Below the pieces are notes generated by a model that saw only the letters and a list, made by a program, of their open reading frames with translations, made no database searches and was not told the DNA's origin. This document shows, piece by piece, positions 1 to 10,228 of a DNA stretch of 64,000 nucleotides (the stretch's first letter is position 1; each line of letters begins with the position of its first letter). The position numbers were made by a program, and so were the translations under genes. This stretch comes from Dehalococcoidia bacterium (lineage in GTDB: Bacteria; Chloroflexota; Dehalococcoidia; Plut-88900): the NCBI GenBank assembly GCA_965197585.1, contig OZ240215.1, positions 512,001 to 576,000 on the forward strand, in the 5' to 3' direction.

Positions 1-959
1 AACCTACGGTCACCGATGCAGACCTGGTCTTGGGTTACCTAAATCCTGGCTATTTCCTGGGCGGTCGTATGAAGCTGGATAAGGCGGCGGCGGAGAACGG
101 TATCGAGGACCGGTTGGCGAGGCCGCTGGGCCTGTCGATGGAAGAGGCGGCGTGGGGTGTGCATACGGTGGTGAATTCCAACATGAGGAGGACTATCAGA
201 CTGGCGACGGTCGAGAGGGGAAAGGACCCCCGTCGCTACACTCTTGTCGGGTTTGGAGGAGCGGGGCCAGTCCATGCCTCCCGGCTGGCCCGAGAGATGG
301 GCATTTCTCGTGTTCTGTTGCCATCGGGGGCGGGAGTCGGGTCCGCAGCGGGACTATTGGCTGCAGACACGGTCTTCGACCTGGCTCGTACCTTTGATAC
401 GGCCCTCGACGAGTCCATGCTGGGCTCTGTGAACATGGTCTATGAGGAGATGTTAGCCGGAGGCCGGGCCATTATGCGGGAGAATGGCGTGACGGAGGGC
501 GTAGAGTTCGCAGCGTCTGCGGATATGCACTACGAGGGACAGGGATTCGACATTGACGTACCCCTGCCCCGAGTCCCCCTCGACGCCCAAGGCGTAGATG
601 AGCTCAGGTCGGCTTTTCACGAAAAGTACGCGGAGACCTTCGGGTACGCACAGCCCGACCAGCCAGTACGGGCCACGGGCTGGAAGCTGAGGGCTATTCA
701 TTCCAGGGGTGAGTTCCGGTGGCCCGAGTTACAACCAAGTGAGTCGGACCCAGTGCCCGTTTCCTGTAGACCGGCCTACTTCCCTGAAGTGGGGGGCTTT
801 GTGGATACCCCAGTGTACGCTAGGGCGGGGTTGGGGAGAGACGCCGTGATCACAGGGCCTGCGATCGTTGAAGAAGAGGAATCGACAGTCGTGCTCCTGC
901 CGGGAGACAAAGCCAACCTTGACCGTTTCGGCAACATCCTGGTCGAGATTGAAGAATAG
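1..959 (+). CDS. Hydantoinase/oxoprolinase subunit A (5'-truncated by window edge)
   Basis: Frame open from the window start (PTVTDADLVLGYL); motifs GFGGAGPVHA, SAAGLL, DMHYEGQ, GPAIVEEEESTVVL. Confidence 0.92.
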   Translation, partial: PTVTDADLVLGYLNPGYFLGGRMKLDKAAAENGIEDRLARPLGLSMEEAAWGVHTVVNSNMRRTIRLATVERGKDPRRYTLVGFGGAGPVHASRLAREMGISRVLLPSGAGVGSAAGLLAADTVFDLARTFDTALDESMLGSVNMVYEEMLAGGRAIMRENGVTEGVEFAASADMHYEGQGFDIDVPLPRVPLDAQGVDELRSAFHEKYAETFGYAQPDQPVRATGWKLRAIHSRGEFRWPELQPSESDPVPVSCRPAYFPEVGGFVDTPVYARAGLGRDAVITGPAIVEEEESTVVLLPGDKANLDRFGNILVEIEE

Positions 960-969
960 GCGTAAGGCT

Positions 970-2706
970 ATGAGCGAGATTGATCCGGTAACTTTCAGCG
1001 TGGTCTGGAATGGCCTGGTTTCGATAGCCGAGGAGATGGGCACTGCATTACGCCGCTCTGCCTACTCCCTCGGGGTGCGGGAAGGACGGGACTTCTCCAC
1101 CGCGTTGTTCGACGCACAGGCGAGACTGATTGCCCAGGGAAACTTTAGTCCCGGTCATCTCGGGTCCATGCCATTCGTGGTCAAGCACATCCTCGAAGAA
1201 TACCCGGTCGAGGAATTGGAGGAAGGTGACTCCATATTGTTGAATGACCCATATCTTGGGTCGGGCCACCTCCCCGACTTCTTCCAGGTAAGCCCCATCT
1301 TTCTGAATGGAGAGCTTCTGGGGTTCGCGTCGAACTGTGCCCACATGGTCGACGTGGGAGGCGCGGGCCCGGGTTCTCAGGCGGTCGATAGCGTGGACCT
1401 TTACCAGGAGGGCATCAGGTTCCTACCCACCCGCATCTACCACGGGGGCCGACCCAACCGCGAGGTGTTGAGGATGCTGGAGTCCAATGTGCGGGTGCCG
1501 GACAAGGTGATGGGGGACCTGCAGGCACAGCGGAATGCCAACAGGATCGGGGAGGCGGGTGTGGTCGGGCTGGCAGAGTCGTACGGGATGGATATGCTGC
1601 GGGACTGCATGGCACTGATTCTGGATCGCTCCGAGGAATCCATGAGAAGCGCTATTCGAGAGTTGCCGGAAGGAGTGTACGAGGCCGAAGACTACTTTGA
1701 TGACTACGGCCAGGACACGAGGCCACTGACGGTGAAGGTTGCAGTACGCGTTAAGGATGGTGGCTTGACGGTTGATTTCACAGGGAGCAGCCCCCAGACT
1801 CGGTCGGGCCTCAACTCGACCTTCAATTACACTCGTGCTTACTCGTACTTTACGCTTAAGGCCCTCACGGTGCAGGACAGGGTTCCCCAAAACGCAGGCT
1901 GCATCCGGCCCATTGAGGTGATCGCCCCGGAGGGAAGCCTGTTTAATCCGCGGCCCCCGGCTGCGGTCGGGCCCCGAGCCATAATGCAGCAGCGCATGGT
2001 AGACACCATCCTGCTGGCAATGGCTAAGGCCGCCCCCGACCGAGTTATAGCCAACAGCTCTCATTGGGCCAACCCGAACTACGGGGGGATTGACCCTAAG
2101 TCAGGCAAACCTTTCGTGTACTACGAAATGATCATCGGCGGGGTTGGAGCACGGCCTACTAAGGACGGGGCAGACGGTCTCTGCTCGGCGTTCAACCTGG
2201 AGAATATCCCTGTCGAAGTGGTGGAGGCGACCTACCCGGTGATGATTGACAGGCTCCAGTTCGTGACCGACAGCGGAGGCCCGGGCCGTTATCGGGGCGG
2301 CACAGCCATGCGCAAGGACGTCCGTGTCCTCACCGGCGACGTGGTTTTCTCGAACCTGACCGACCGACAGGTCACCCATCCACAGGGTTTACTTGGTGGA
2401 ACGGGAGGGCCCTTAGGCCGCACGCTACGCAACCCGGACACCTCCGCCGAAGAAACATTCCACTCCAAGGGGACGTACCGACTACGGGCCGATGATGTTG
2501 TGAGTACTACGTTGTCTGGGTCAGGGGGCTATGGGATTCCAGAGGAACGTGACCCGGATGCCGTGCTGAGAGACGTTCTGGACGGCTACGTGTCCATAGA
2601 GGCTGCCAGAGATATTTACAAAGTTGCCGTCGCCCCTGACTCAATGTCTCTGAATTTAGCGAAGACCAATAAACTGAGAGGACTCGGAAATACGAATGAC
2701 AGATAG
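970..2706 (+). CDS. Hydantoinase B/oxoprolinase family protein
   Basis: ATG at 970 (MSEIDPVTF); motifs EGRDFSTALFD, NDPYLGSGHLPD, HMVDVGG, DSGGPGRYRGG, GSGGYG. Confidence 0.93.
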   Translation: MSEIDPVTFSVVWNGLVSIAEEMGTALRRSAYSLGVREGRDFSTALFDAQARLIAQGNFSPGHLGSMPFVVKHILEEYPVEELEEGDSILLNDPYLGSGHLPDFFQVSPIFLNGELLGFASNCAHMVDVGGAGPGSQAVDSVDLYQEGIRFLPTRIYHGGRPNREVLRMLESNVRVPDKVMGDLQAQRNANRIGEAGVVGLAESYGMDMLRDCMALILDRSEESMRSAIRELPEGVYEAEDYFDDYGQDTRPLTVKVAVRVKDGGLTVDFTGSSPQTRSGLNSTFNYTRAYSYFTLKALTVQDRVPQNAGCIRPIEVIAPEGSLFNPRPPAAVGPRAIMQQRMVDTILLAMAKAAPDRVIANSSHWANPNYGGIDPKSGKPFVYYEMIIGGVGARPTKDGADGLCSAFNLENIPVEVVEATYPVMIDRLQFVTDSGGPGRYRGGTAMRKDVRVLTGDVVFSNLTDRQVTHPQGLLGGTGGPLGRTLRNPDTSAEETFHSKGTYRLRADDVVSTTLSGSGGYGIPEERDPDAVLRDVLDGYVSIEAARDIYKVAVAPDSMSLNLAKTNKLRGLGNTNDR

Positions 2707-3625
2707 CAGAACGACCAAGTTCGGAGTCGCGATTCCCCAGAAATTCCCGGACGGTGTTGTCGACACCCGATACATAGGCGACTTTCTAATTCGGTTGGAA
2801 GAACTGGGCTACGATAGCGCGTGGGTAGGCGAGGGGGTGTTCAGCCGAGTTCCTAACCTGGAGCCGTTTCCGTTGCTCTCCTATGCCGCAGCTCTGACTT
2901 CGAGGGTGAAGTTGGGGGTCTCAGCGCTGACTTCAGCCTTCTGGAACCCGATATTCCTAGCGAAGGCCGTTGCCAGCCTGGACCAGCTATCTAATGGGAG
3001 GTTCATCCTTGGGGTGACTGTAGGAGTGCACCGCGAGCATTACCCGGCATTCGGGATGAGGCCGGAAGACCGGCTGACTCGATTCATCGAGGGGTTGGAG
3101 TTGATGAAGGAGCTTTGGACTAAGGAGAGCGTGACGTTCAAAGGGAAGTTCTGGGATATGGAAGAAGTATCAATCAGCCCCAGGCCTGCCCAGAAACCTC
3201 ACCCGCCCGTGTGGTTCGGGTCCCGGGCCTTGCCTGCGCTCCGGAGGTCGGTGAAGTCGGGGGATGGGTGGATGGGTTCGGGTGCTACGTCGACGGAGGA
3301 ATTCCGTGAGCACGTCCGCATTTTGAGGGGGTTCATGGAGGAAGAAGGTAAGAACCAGGCCCAGTTTCCTCTTTCGAAACGGGTGTATCTGGCACTGGAC
3401 TCAGACAAACCAAGAGCACTACGCAGGCTTGAAGAGATGATGGGCTTTATCTACGGGGACCCGACTCTTGCCTCCAAGGTCGCTGTGTACGGAGACCGGG
3501 AGGAGGTTGCTGAGGGATTACGCGAAGTCATGGCGGAGGGGATAGACCTAGTCTTGCTGGCTCCGGCGTTCGACCCTAAGGAACAGGCCGAGCTTTTGGC
3601 GGAGCAGGTGCTGCCAAGGTTGTAG
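2696..3625 (+). CDS. LLM-class (luciferase-like) flavin/F420-dependent oxidoreductase
   Basis: GYDSAWVGE, LAKAVASLDQLSNGRFILG, PRPAQKPHPPVWFG; overlaps the upstream gene. Confidence 0.9.
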   Translation: MTDSRTTKFGVAIPQKFPDGVVDTRYIGDFLIRLEELGYDSAWVGEGVFSRVPNLEPFPLLSYAAALTSRVKLGVSALTSAFWNPIFLAKAVASLDQLSNGRFILGVTVGVHREHYPAFGMRPEDRLTRFIEGLELMKELWTKESVTFKGKFWDMEEVSISPRPAQKPHPPVWFGSRALPALRRSVKSGDGWMGSGATSTEEFREHVRILRGFMEEEGKNQAQFPLSKRVYLALDSDKPRALRRLEEMMGFIYGDPTLASKVAVYGDREEVAEGLREVMAEGIDLVLLAPAFDPKEQAELLAEQVLPRL

Positions 3626-3649
3626 GGGCGCTGCCTTTACGCCCTTCTG

Positions 3650-4315
3650 TTATCCCGAACTCTCCAGCAGCGCCACTTGCGTCTGGTCCGGCATGCTGGA
3701 CGCCGTCACGTGGAGACGTCGCTGGCCCTCGGGCGCCGGGACCCCCATCTCCTTCACGAACCGGGCTAACGCCTCCGACTCCGATGAGCTTGGCCCCGGA
3801 TAGTCCATCGGCACCACTATACGTGGTTCCAGGACCCTGGCTGTTTCCACCGACGCCTTCACACTCTCAGCCGTACCAATGGGCATGACCAGTACACTCA
3901 CGTCTCCCAATCGTTCCACCTGCCCCGAATCCAGCGGCCTCTGCAGGTCCCCGAGGTGGCAGACCACAATGCCCTCTACCTCTATGGCGTAAACGGTATT
4001 CCTTCCCGCAGCCCCGACACCGTCCTCATCCAGTGCGTTCTGGTACGCCGTCCCGACCCCCGTAATCAACACTTCCGAGATCTCGTACTCCCCAGGCCCC
4101 CTGATTTCCCTCCAAGGCTGCCCGTTCGATGGCGCGCTTTGGGCGTCCGGTGCGATTAGGGAAGGGGGACCGGTACGCGGGCCGCTCCACGTTACGGCTT
4201 TGACGAAGGGGGCCCGCACCACCTTGTCGTGCACCTGATCATACGGGTCCGTCACGACCCCCAAGTCACGAGACCGAATCGAAAAGCACCTTCTACCAAA
4301 CCAGATAATATCCAA
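3650..4315 (-). CDS. Metallo-beta-lactamase-fold protein with degenerate metal motifs
   Basis: TTG start behind a GAAAGGTGA SD; DIIWFG..CF, VTDPY, GPGEYEI, CHLGDL pattern. Confidence 0.75.
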   Translation of the reverse strand: MDIIWFGRRCFSIRSRDLGVVTDPYDQVHDKVVRAPFVKAVTWSGPRTGPPSLIAPDAQSAPSNGQPWREIRGPGEYEISEVLITGVGTAYQNALDEDGVGAAGRNTVYAIEVEGIVVCHLGDLQRPLDSGQVERLGDVSVLVMPIGTAESVKASVETARVLEPRIVVPMDYPGPSSSESEALARFVKEMGVPAPEGQRRLHVTASSMPDQTQVALLESSG

Positions 4316-4382
4316 CTCTTCACCTTTCTTTCTTCTGAAAGTATAGAAAAGCCGATTGGCAGGCGCAACACTGCCGTTCAAC

Positions 4383-4411
4383 TTGACACATCTAACACCT
4401 GCTGATAAATT
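4383..4411 (+). promoter_or_regulatory. sigma70-type promoter of hrcA operon
   Basis: TTGACA(4383-4388)-17 bp-TAAATT(4406-4411) with an extended TG. Confidence 0.75.
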
Positions 4412-4420
4412 CGATAGTAA

Positions 4421-4447
4421 CTGGCACTCCAAATCTCGGGGTGCCAA
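4421..4447 (+). promoter_or_regulatory. CIRCE element (HrcA operator)
   Basis: CTGGCACTC-N9-GGGTGCCAA versus consensus TTAGCACTC-N9-GAGTGCTAA, between the promoter and hrcA. Confidence 0.9.
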
Positions 4448-4492
4448 ACCTGTATTTAGGCGGACAGCCCTACCTCTTACAAGGAGGCCTTT

Positions 4493-5512
4493 TTGTTAAC
4501 AGCAAGAAGAGAATCTGTGCTCAATGCCATCGTCGAGGGGCATATTGATACTGTCACGCCCGTGGGCTCCCAGCACATCGCCAAAAAATGGGGCAAGGCC
4601 CTCAGCCCGGCCACCGTCCGCTCCGAGATGGCCGCCCTCGAACAGGATGGATATATCACCAGACCCCACGCCTCTGCCGGGGGGCTACCCACCGACTTGG
4701 GGTACCGGACGTATATCAGGCAGTTTCTCGCCAACCCAGTGCTCGGGCCCAGGGAGAAGGGTCACATCAAGCGGCGTCTGGTACACGTGGCCATGGACCA
4801 GGAAGGGTGGGCAAGGTCTGCGGCCGAGGCTCTTTCCAGACTCACCGGCAGCCTCGCAGTAACCACCGCTCCCAAACCCTCCCGGGTTAGGCTGAAGCGC
4901 ATCGAACTCGTCCCTGTCCAAGATCTTATGGTGATGACCCTGGTGGTCCTCTGGGGCGCCAAGATACTACGCCAGATGATTTCATTAGAGCAGGACGTAC
5001 CCAGGAATGAATTGATGCGTGTCAGCAACAAACTCAACCACCTTTTCGAAGGCGTAGCCCCGTCGGCTATTGGGGATACTGATCTCGAGCTTTCACCGTT
5101 GGAGGAGAATGTGGTCCGGCTGGTCAAGGGACTCATGGAAGAAGAGGAACAGCGGGACCTGGAAGACCCCCTATTTGAAGGTCTCCAGCAAATCTTCGAA
5201 CAACCGGAACTGGCCGAGGCGGAAATCCTTCGGGATATGATGGAAATCCTGGAGGAGAGGGGCCGACTCAAGAATATAATGGAGCAGGTATACTCGGGGC
5301 CGGGGATCCGGGTGGCCATTGGCGGTGAGGTGAGGGTATCCAGGATGCGCCACTTCAGTCTTATCGTCTCCGAATATGGCGCTGCGGACGGCATAAAGGG
5401 CGTGATCGGGGTGTTTGGTCCCAAGCGGATGGCCTACCGGCGCAACATTCCCGCAGTAAACTATCTTGCACATCTGATGAGCGACTCCATACAGGAGAGC
5501 TTCCCCCGCTGA
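4493..5512 (+). CDS. hrcA: Heat-inducible transcription repressor HrcA
   Basis: PVGS, SPATVRSEMAALE, PHASAG, PTDLGYR, GPKRMAY; AAGGAGG SD; CIRCE upstream. Confidence 0.97.
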   Translation: MLTARRESVLNAIVEGHIDTVTPVGSQHIAKKWGKALSPATVRSEMAALEQDGYITRPHASAGGLPTDLGYRTYIRQFLANPVLGPREKGHIKRRLVHVAMDQEGWARSAAEALSRLTGSLAVTTAPKPSRVRLKRIELVPVQDLMVMTLVVLWGAKILRQMISLEQDVPRNELMRVSNKLNHLFEGVAPSAIGDTDLELSPLEENVVRLVKGLMEEEEQRDLEDPLFEGLQQIFEQPELAEAEILRDMMEILEERGRLKNIMEQVYSGPGIRVAIGGEVRVSRMRHFSLIVSEYGAADGIKGVIGVFGPKRMAYRRNIPAVNYLAHLMSDSIQESFPR

Positions 5513-5524
5513 TCCAGCCATAAA

Positions 5525-6106
5525 ATGAACGACGCCACAAACAAAACCGAGGATCCCAAAGCCGAGCAGGATAGCGAGAAGGAGTCGGAAGGCCAGGAAA
5601 AAACGGAGGACTTGGCCTCGGCCCTGGAACAGGAGAAGGAACGGGCAGACCGGAACTTGGCCAACTGGCAAAGGGCGCAGGCCGATCTGTCCAACTATAA
5701 GAAGAGGGTCGACCAGGAGAAGCAGGACCTGGCTAAATTCGCCAACGCTGCCTTGATCGGCAGTATGCTAAACTTGGTTGACGATTTCCAGCGGGCTCGA
5801 TCTACGATTCCCGAAAGCATTCTCGGCATGACTTGGGTCGAGGGCCTGTTCCTGATAGAGCGGAAGCTCGGTGCAACCTTGGAGGCTGCGGGCCTTTCGG
5901 AAATCAAGGCCCTTGGTGAGGATTTCGACCCGAATCTGCACGAGGCCGTGATGCATGGTGACGGCCCGGAGGGCAAGATAGTCGAGGAGTTCCAGAGAGG
6001 ATATAAGCTCCACGACCGTGTTATACGGCCGGCCATGGTGAAAGTAGGGCAGGGCGAAGCGGAGGAGGAAGCCGCTTCGGGAGAAGGGCAACAAGGGTCT
6101 GCATAG
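5525..6106 (+). CDS. grpE: Nucleotide exchange factor GrpE
   Basis: RAQADLSNYKKR, FDPNLHEAV, GYKLHDRVIRPAMVKV. Confidence 0.97.
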   Translation: MNDATNKTEDPKAEQDSEKESEGQEKTEDLASALEQEKERADRNLANWQRAQADLSNYKKRVDQEKQDLAKFANAALIGSMLNLVDDFQRARSTIPESILGMTWVEGLFLIERKLGATLEAAGLSEIKALGEDFDPNLHEAVMHGDGPEGKIVEEFQRGYKLHDRVIRPAMVKVGQGEAEEEAASGEGQQGSA

Positions 6107-6156
6107 GGCTCTTATTGCAAACGACGATTGTTCTAACCTGAGATAATTAACATCTT

Positions 6157-7278
6157 ATGACTACTAAGGCCGACTACTACGACCTGCTGTCAGTGCAACG
6201 GAACGCCACTCCTGAGGAGATTAAGAAGGCGTTTCGTCGGCTCGCGCTCAGGTACCACCCCGACCGAAACAAGAGTCCCGACGCTGAGGACAGGTTCAAA
6301 GAGATCAACGAGGCATACGAAGTCCTTAGCGACCCGGATAAGCGGGCCGCCTATGACAGGTTTGGGCACGCAGGAACGGCGGGTGGCGGGTACGGCCGAG
6401 GATTTGAAGGCATGGGCGGATTCGGGGGGTTCGGGGATATTTTCGAAGCCTTCTTCGGCTCCAATGCCGGCGCCAAGTCCGGGCCCCAGCGCGGCGCGGA
6501 CATCCACCAGACGGTAACGATTTCCTTTGAGGACGCTGTTTTCGGCACCGAGCGCAACGTCGAAGTGCAGAGGACTGAGGTCTGCAAGACGTGCCGCGGG
6601 TCCAAAGCGGAACCCGGCACAGAGGTTGTCACCTGCTCCACTTGTAACGGAAGTGGGAGCGTCAGGAGAGTACAACAGAACCTGTTCGGTCAGTTCGTTA
6701 ACGTCACTGCCTGCGACCAATGCCGCGGCGAGGGGCGTGTCGTACCCACGCCTTGCAGCCAGTGTCGTGGGGTGGGGCGGACGAAGATGTTCAGAAAGAT
6801 AGCTGTGCAGATTCCCGCCGGTGTGGAGGATGGCACTCAGGTCCGGCTTACCAGAGAGGGCGATGCAGGGACACGCGGCGGAGCTCCGGGCAACCTCTAC
6901 GTAACGGTCAAGGTACAGAGGCATGAGTACTTCAGCCGAGATGGCGACGAAGTCGTGCTTGAATACTCCGTCAACTTTGCCCAGGCGGCCCTCGGGGACG
7001 AGGTGGAAGTTCCTACCATCGATGGCATTGTCATGCTCAAAGTGCCATCGGGCATCCAGACAGGTACGGCGCTCAGGTTGAAAGGCCGGGGCGCTTACCG
7101 GTTACGGGGTGGGGGGAGGGGTGACCAGATCGTCAACATAAACGTAAGGACGCCCGATTCCTTGAATAAGGAAGAAGAGGAGCTGTTCCGCCAGCTAACC
7201 CTGACCCTAGACAGGCCCGGGGTCTCTAGCCGGAATGGCAGGGGGATATTTGCAAAAATCAGGGAAGTGTTCCGGTAA
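6157..7278 (+). CDS. dnaJ: Chaperone DnaJ
   Basis: J-domain HPD, G/F region, four CxxCxGxG-type repeats. Confidence 0.98.
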   Translation: MTTKADYYDLLSVQRNATPEEIKKAFRRLALRYHPDRNKSPDAEDRFKEINEAYEVLSDPDKRAAYDRFGHAGTAGGGYGRGFEGMGGFGGFGDIFEAFFGSNAGAKSGPQRGADIHQTVTISFEDAVFGTERNVEVQRTEVCKTCRGSKAEPGTEVVTCSTCNGSGSVRRVQQNLFGQFVNVTACDQCRGEGRVVPTPCSQCRGVGRTKMFRKIAVQIPAGVEDGTQVRLTREGDAGTRGGAPGNLYVTVKVQRHEYFSRDGDEVVLEYSVNFAQAALGDEVEVPTIDGIVMLKVPSGIQTGTALRLKGRGAYRLRGGGRGDQIVNINVRTPDSLNKEEEELFRQLTLTLDRPGVSSRNGRGIFAKIREVFR

Positions 7279-7302
7279 GCGAGAGATTGAGCCGAACGCC
7301 GC

Positions 7303-7341
7303 CGGGAGGCCCGACCCTGTATTACAGGGTCGGGCCTCCCG
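7303..7341. terminator. Perfect 18-bp hairpin between dnaJ and prmA (no U-tract)
   Basis: CGGGAGGCCCGACCCTGT-ATT-ACAGGGTCGGGCCTCCCG. Confidence 0.55.
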
Positions 7342-7383
7342 CTATAAAGGCCATGTTTGAGCCCATGGCAGACTAAAAAAACG

Positions 7384-8265
7384 ATGGAATTAGTAGAGTT
7401 TTCCGTTGAAGTAGATGCTGAGTCCACGGAGCCGATCTGCGAGGCCTTTCGGAGATATGGCTGTGCTAGGATAGTCGTTGAGCAGCAAGGCCCGCCCAAT
7501 GAGCAGATCCGGCTGATGGTCAGAGCCTACGCCCCCAACGACGACTCCCAAGAGAAGCTAAGGGCGGACATGGAGGTCGTAGTCAGGCTTTTGGGGCTAG
7601 TCCGGCCTGTCGGTCCACTGCAGTACCGATTCTTAGAGGAAGAGGATTGGGCCCGAGCCTGGCGCAAGCATTTCACTATCCAGCATGTAGGCAAGAGAGT
7701 TGTAGTCTGTCCGACATGGCTTGCCTACCAGCCGCAGGATAACGAAGTCGTCATCAGCTTGGACCCCGGCATGGCCTTCGGAACGGGCGTGCACCCCACC
7801 ACCCGCATGTGCCTGGAGGCCTTGGATGGAATTGTGGAGGCGGGGATGCGCGTCATGGACGTGGGCACCGGGTCGGGGATACTGGCCATAGGCGCCGCTA
7901 AGCTTGGTGCGGCGAAGGTGACGGCCCTGGACGTGGATCCCGTAGCTGTTCAGGTGGCCCGGGAGAACGTGGGGGTTAACGGTGTTGGAGAGATTGTGGA
8001 GGTGGCAGAAAGCACGCTCTGGCACGACCCCGCCAATCCTGGTCCCAGATGGGATGTAATAGTCGCCAACATCACCGTGAACCCGATAGTAGGACTAGCG
8101 CCGCATATCGTGAACTCGCTGTCCAAGAATGGAGTTGCGGTGCTAAGTGGGCTACTAGAAGAGCAAGGTGCAGCCGTCGAGGAGGCATTCGAAGCTAATG
8201 GCGCCTCTATCGAGTCCCGGGCCACACGGAATGATTGGTTGGCCTTGGTGTTCAGTCGAACCTAG
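7384..8265 (+). CDS. prmA: Ribosomal protein L11 methyltransferase
   Basis: EEDWARAWRKHF, DPGMAFGTGVHPTT, DVGTGSGIL, VANI; usual position after dnaJ. Confidence 0.95.
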   Translation: MELVEFSVEVDAESTEPICEAFRRYGCARIVVEQQGPPNEQIRLMVRAYAPNDDSQEKLRADMEVVVRLLGLVRPVGPLQYRFLEEEDWARAWRKHFTIQHVGKRVVVCPTWLAYQPQDNEVVISLDPGMAFGTGVHPTTRMCLEALDGIVEAGMRVMDVGTGSGILAIGAAKLGAAKVTALDVDPVAVQVARENVGVNGVGEIVEVAESTLWHDPANPGPRWDVIVANITVNPIVGLAPHIVNSLSKNGVAVLSGLLEEQGAAVEEAFEANGASIESRATRNDWLALVFSRT

Positions 8266-8885
8266 GACTGGTCCTGCTCTTCCTCCGGTTCGAACTCTAA
8301 CCTGTTCTCGGCGCCGGATAGGAGCCTGCTGAAATTCTCGCGGTGAGCGTAGAAGATGATGGCGGTCGGGATGAGGGCTTGAATTAAATATGCCTTCGGC
8401 CTCTTGCCGACCAGCACGGCGATAAGGAGGCAAGCTGCTCCGACTGCTGTGCCGGAGAGGGAGCCCAGGGAGGATATTCGGAACTTTGCCATCACCGAAC
8501 CACCGGTCAGGGCCGCGATAAGCCCCGGCACAGGGGCAAGGGCCAGCAGTGCCCCGAGATTCGTGACCACGCCCTTACCCCCTTTGAACCCGCGCAATGC
8601 CGGCCAAATGTGTCCCAGCACAACCGCGAGTCCAACCAAAGCGTGCACCAGACTTGAATCGGTGGCTTTCCTCGCAATAAGCACGGGCAGGAGGCCCTTG
8701 AAAGTGTCGGTTAGCAAAACAACTGTCGAGGCCGAGGGCCCGGCTACACGGTAGACGTTGGCCGCGCCTATATTTCCGCTTCCGCGTTTCTGAATATCCA
8801 GGCCCTTCGACTTCTTGACAACTATTTTTCCTGTCGGTATCCCTCCGATCAGGTAACCTAGCAACACTAGTAATATGGCCTTCAT
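8262..8885 (-). CDS. plsY: Glycerol-3-phosphate acyltransferase PlsY
   Basis: GYLIGGIPTG, GSGNIGAANVYR, GH..P...FKGGKGV, HRENFSRL. Confidence 0.95.
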   Translation of the reverse strand: MKAILLVLLGYLIGGIPTGKIVVKKSKGLDIQKRGSGNIGAANVYRVAGPSASTVVLLTDTFKGLLPVLIARKATDSSLVHALVGLAVVLGHIWPALRGFKGGKGVVTNLGALLALAPVPGLIAALTGGSVMAKFRISSLGSLSGTAVGAACLLIAVLVGKRPKAYLIQALIPTAIIFYAHRENFSRLLSGAENRLEFEPEEEQDQS

Positions 8886-10195
8886 TCCTTGCGGGTTCTC
8901 CTCTGAAACTTCAACTGAATAGGCGTCCCCTCGAACCCAAACTCGTCACGGATTCGGTTCTCCAGAAACCGTTGATAGGAGAAGTGTACCAGCGCAGGGT
9001 CGTTGACGAAGAATGTGAAGGTTGGTGGGTGCGTGCCGGTCTGAGTCAAATAGAAGAGCTTCAATCGTCGGCCCCGGGCCCGGGGCAGAGGACTGGCGGT
9101 CACGGCCCTGGTCAACATTCTATTCAGCGCCGACGTGGTGATCGTTTTCCCTCTCTCCTTGAATATGGTGAGGGCCGTGGGCATTAGCTCGGAGATGCCT
9201 TGACCACACAATGCTGAGGTGTACAGAATGGGAACGTATTCACCGGCGCGAAGCCGATCTTGGATATAGGGTTGGGTGGATTTAATGTCGATCTCCAGCT
9301 CATCGGCCAGGTCCCACTTGTTCACCACCACTGCCATTCCCCGGTAAGCGTCCTTGGCGTAGCCCCAAACGTGCATGTCCTGCGCAGTCATTAGCTCCGA
9401 GGCGTCGACTACCAGCAGCACGACGTCTGCCCGGTAGATTGCCCCCATGGTGCGAAGAACGCTGTATTTCTCTATTCCGTGGCCGATCTTGCCCCGCCTC
9501 CTGACGCCCGCGGTATCTATGAGGACGATGCTTTCACCTTCGTAGTCCAGGACCGTATCGATAGCGTCCCTGGTAGTACCGGGAATTTCGCTGACGATAA
9601 CCCTGTCCTGCCCGAATAGGGTGTTCAGCAGCAATGACTTCCCCACGTTGGGCCGACCCACGATGGCGACCTTCATGGCGCCGGACTGCGGATCGGGTTC
9701 CGGAGAATCCAGGTTGGCGTCTATCCAACTTGTGACCTGGTCCAGTCCTTTTGTGTGGTATGCACTTATCGGAGTCGGGTCGCCCATGCCCAGCCGGTAG
9801 AAGTCCTGTAAAGACGCCTCTCTACGAGCGTTGTCGATCTTGTTCACAATTAGTGCGACGGGCTTGTCCGACATCCGCAGGAGGTCGGCGAGGTCTTCGT
9901 CGGCTGCAGTCAGGCCGTCTCTACCGTCCACCATGAACAAGATGGCTGCGGCCTCTGCAAGAGCGGTTTTTATCTGGTCCGTTACGCCCAGGTGAATTTC
10001 ATCTTCCTGGCGGAGATCCAAGCCTCCGGTGTCTACCAGAATAAGACTCTTGCCGTTAATGGTGATCTGAGCTGCGACCCGGTCCCGCGTGGTGCCCGGT
10101 GTGTCGGACACGATGGCCATCCGCCGCCCAACATATTTGTTGAACAGCGTCGACTTCCCGACGTTAGGACGGCCTACTATGGCTACTATAGACAT
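8882..10195 (-). CDS. der: Ribosome biogenesis GTPase Der (EngA)
   Basis: Two G domains (GRPNVGKS x2, GTTRD x2, DTGG/DTAG) plus a C-terminal KH-like domain. Confidence 0.98.
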   Translation of the reverse strand: MSIVAIVGRPNVGKSTLFNKYVGRRMAIVSDTPGTTRDRVAAQITINGKSLILVDTGGLDLRQEDEIHLGVTDQIKTALAEAAAILFMVDGRDGLTAADEDLADLLRMSDKPVALIVNKIDNARREASLQDFYRLGMGDPTPISAYHTKGLDQVTSWIDANLDSPEPDPQSGAMKVAIVGRPNVGKSLLLNTLFGQDRVIVSEIPGTTRDAIDTVLDYEGESIVLIDTAGVRRRGKIGHGIEKYSVLRTMGAIYRADVVLLVVDASELMTAQDMHVWGYAKDAYRGMAVVVNKWDLADELEIDIKSTQPYIQDRLRAGEYVPILYTSALCGQGISELMPTALTIFKERGKTITTSALNRMLTRAVTASPLPRARGRRLKLFYLTQTGTHPPTFTFFVNDPALVHFSYQRFLENRIRDEFGFEGTPIQLKFQRRTRKE

Positions 10196-10228
10196 CTGAA
10201 CGAGAATACTCCCAGAGCGCTTACCGGA

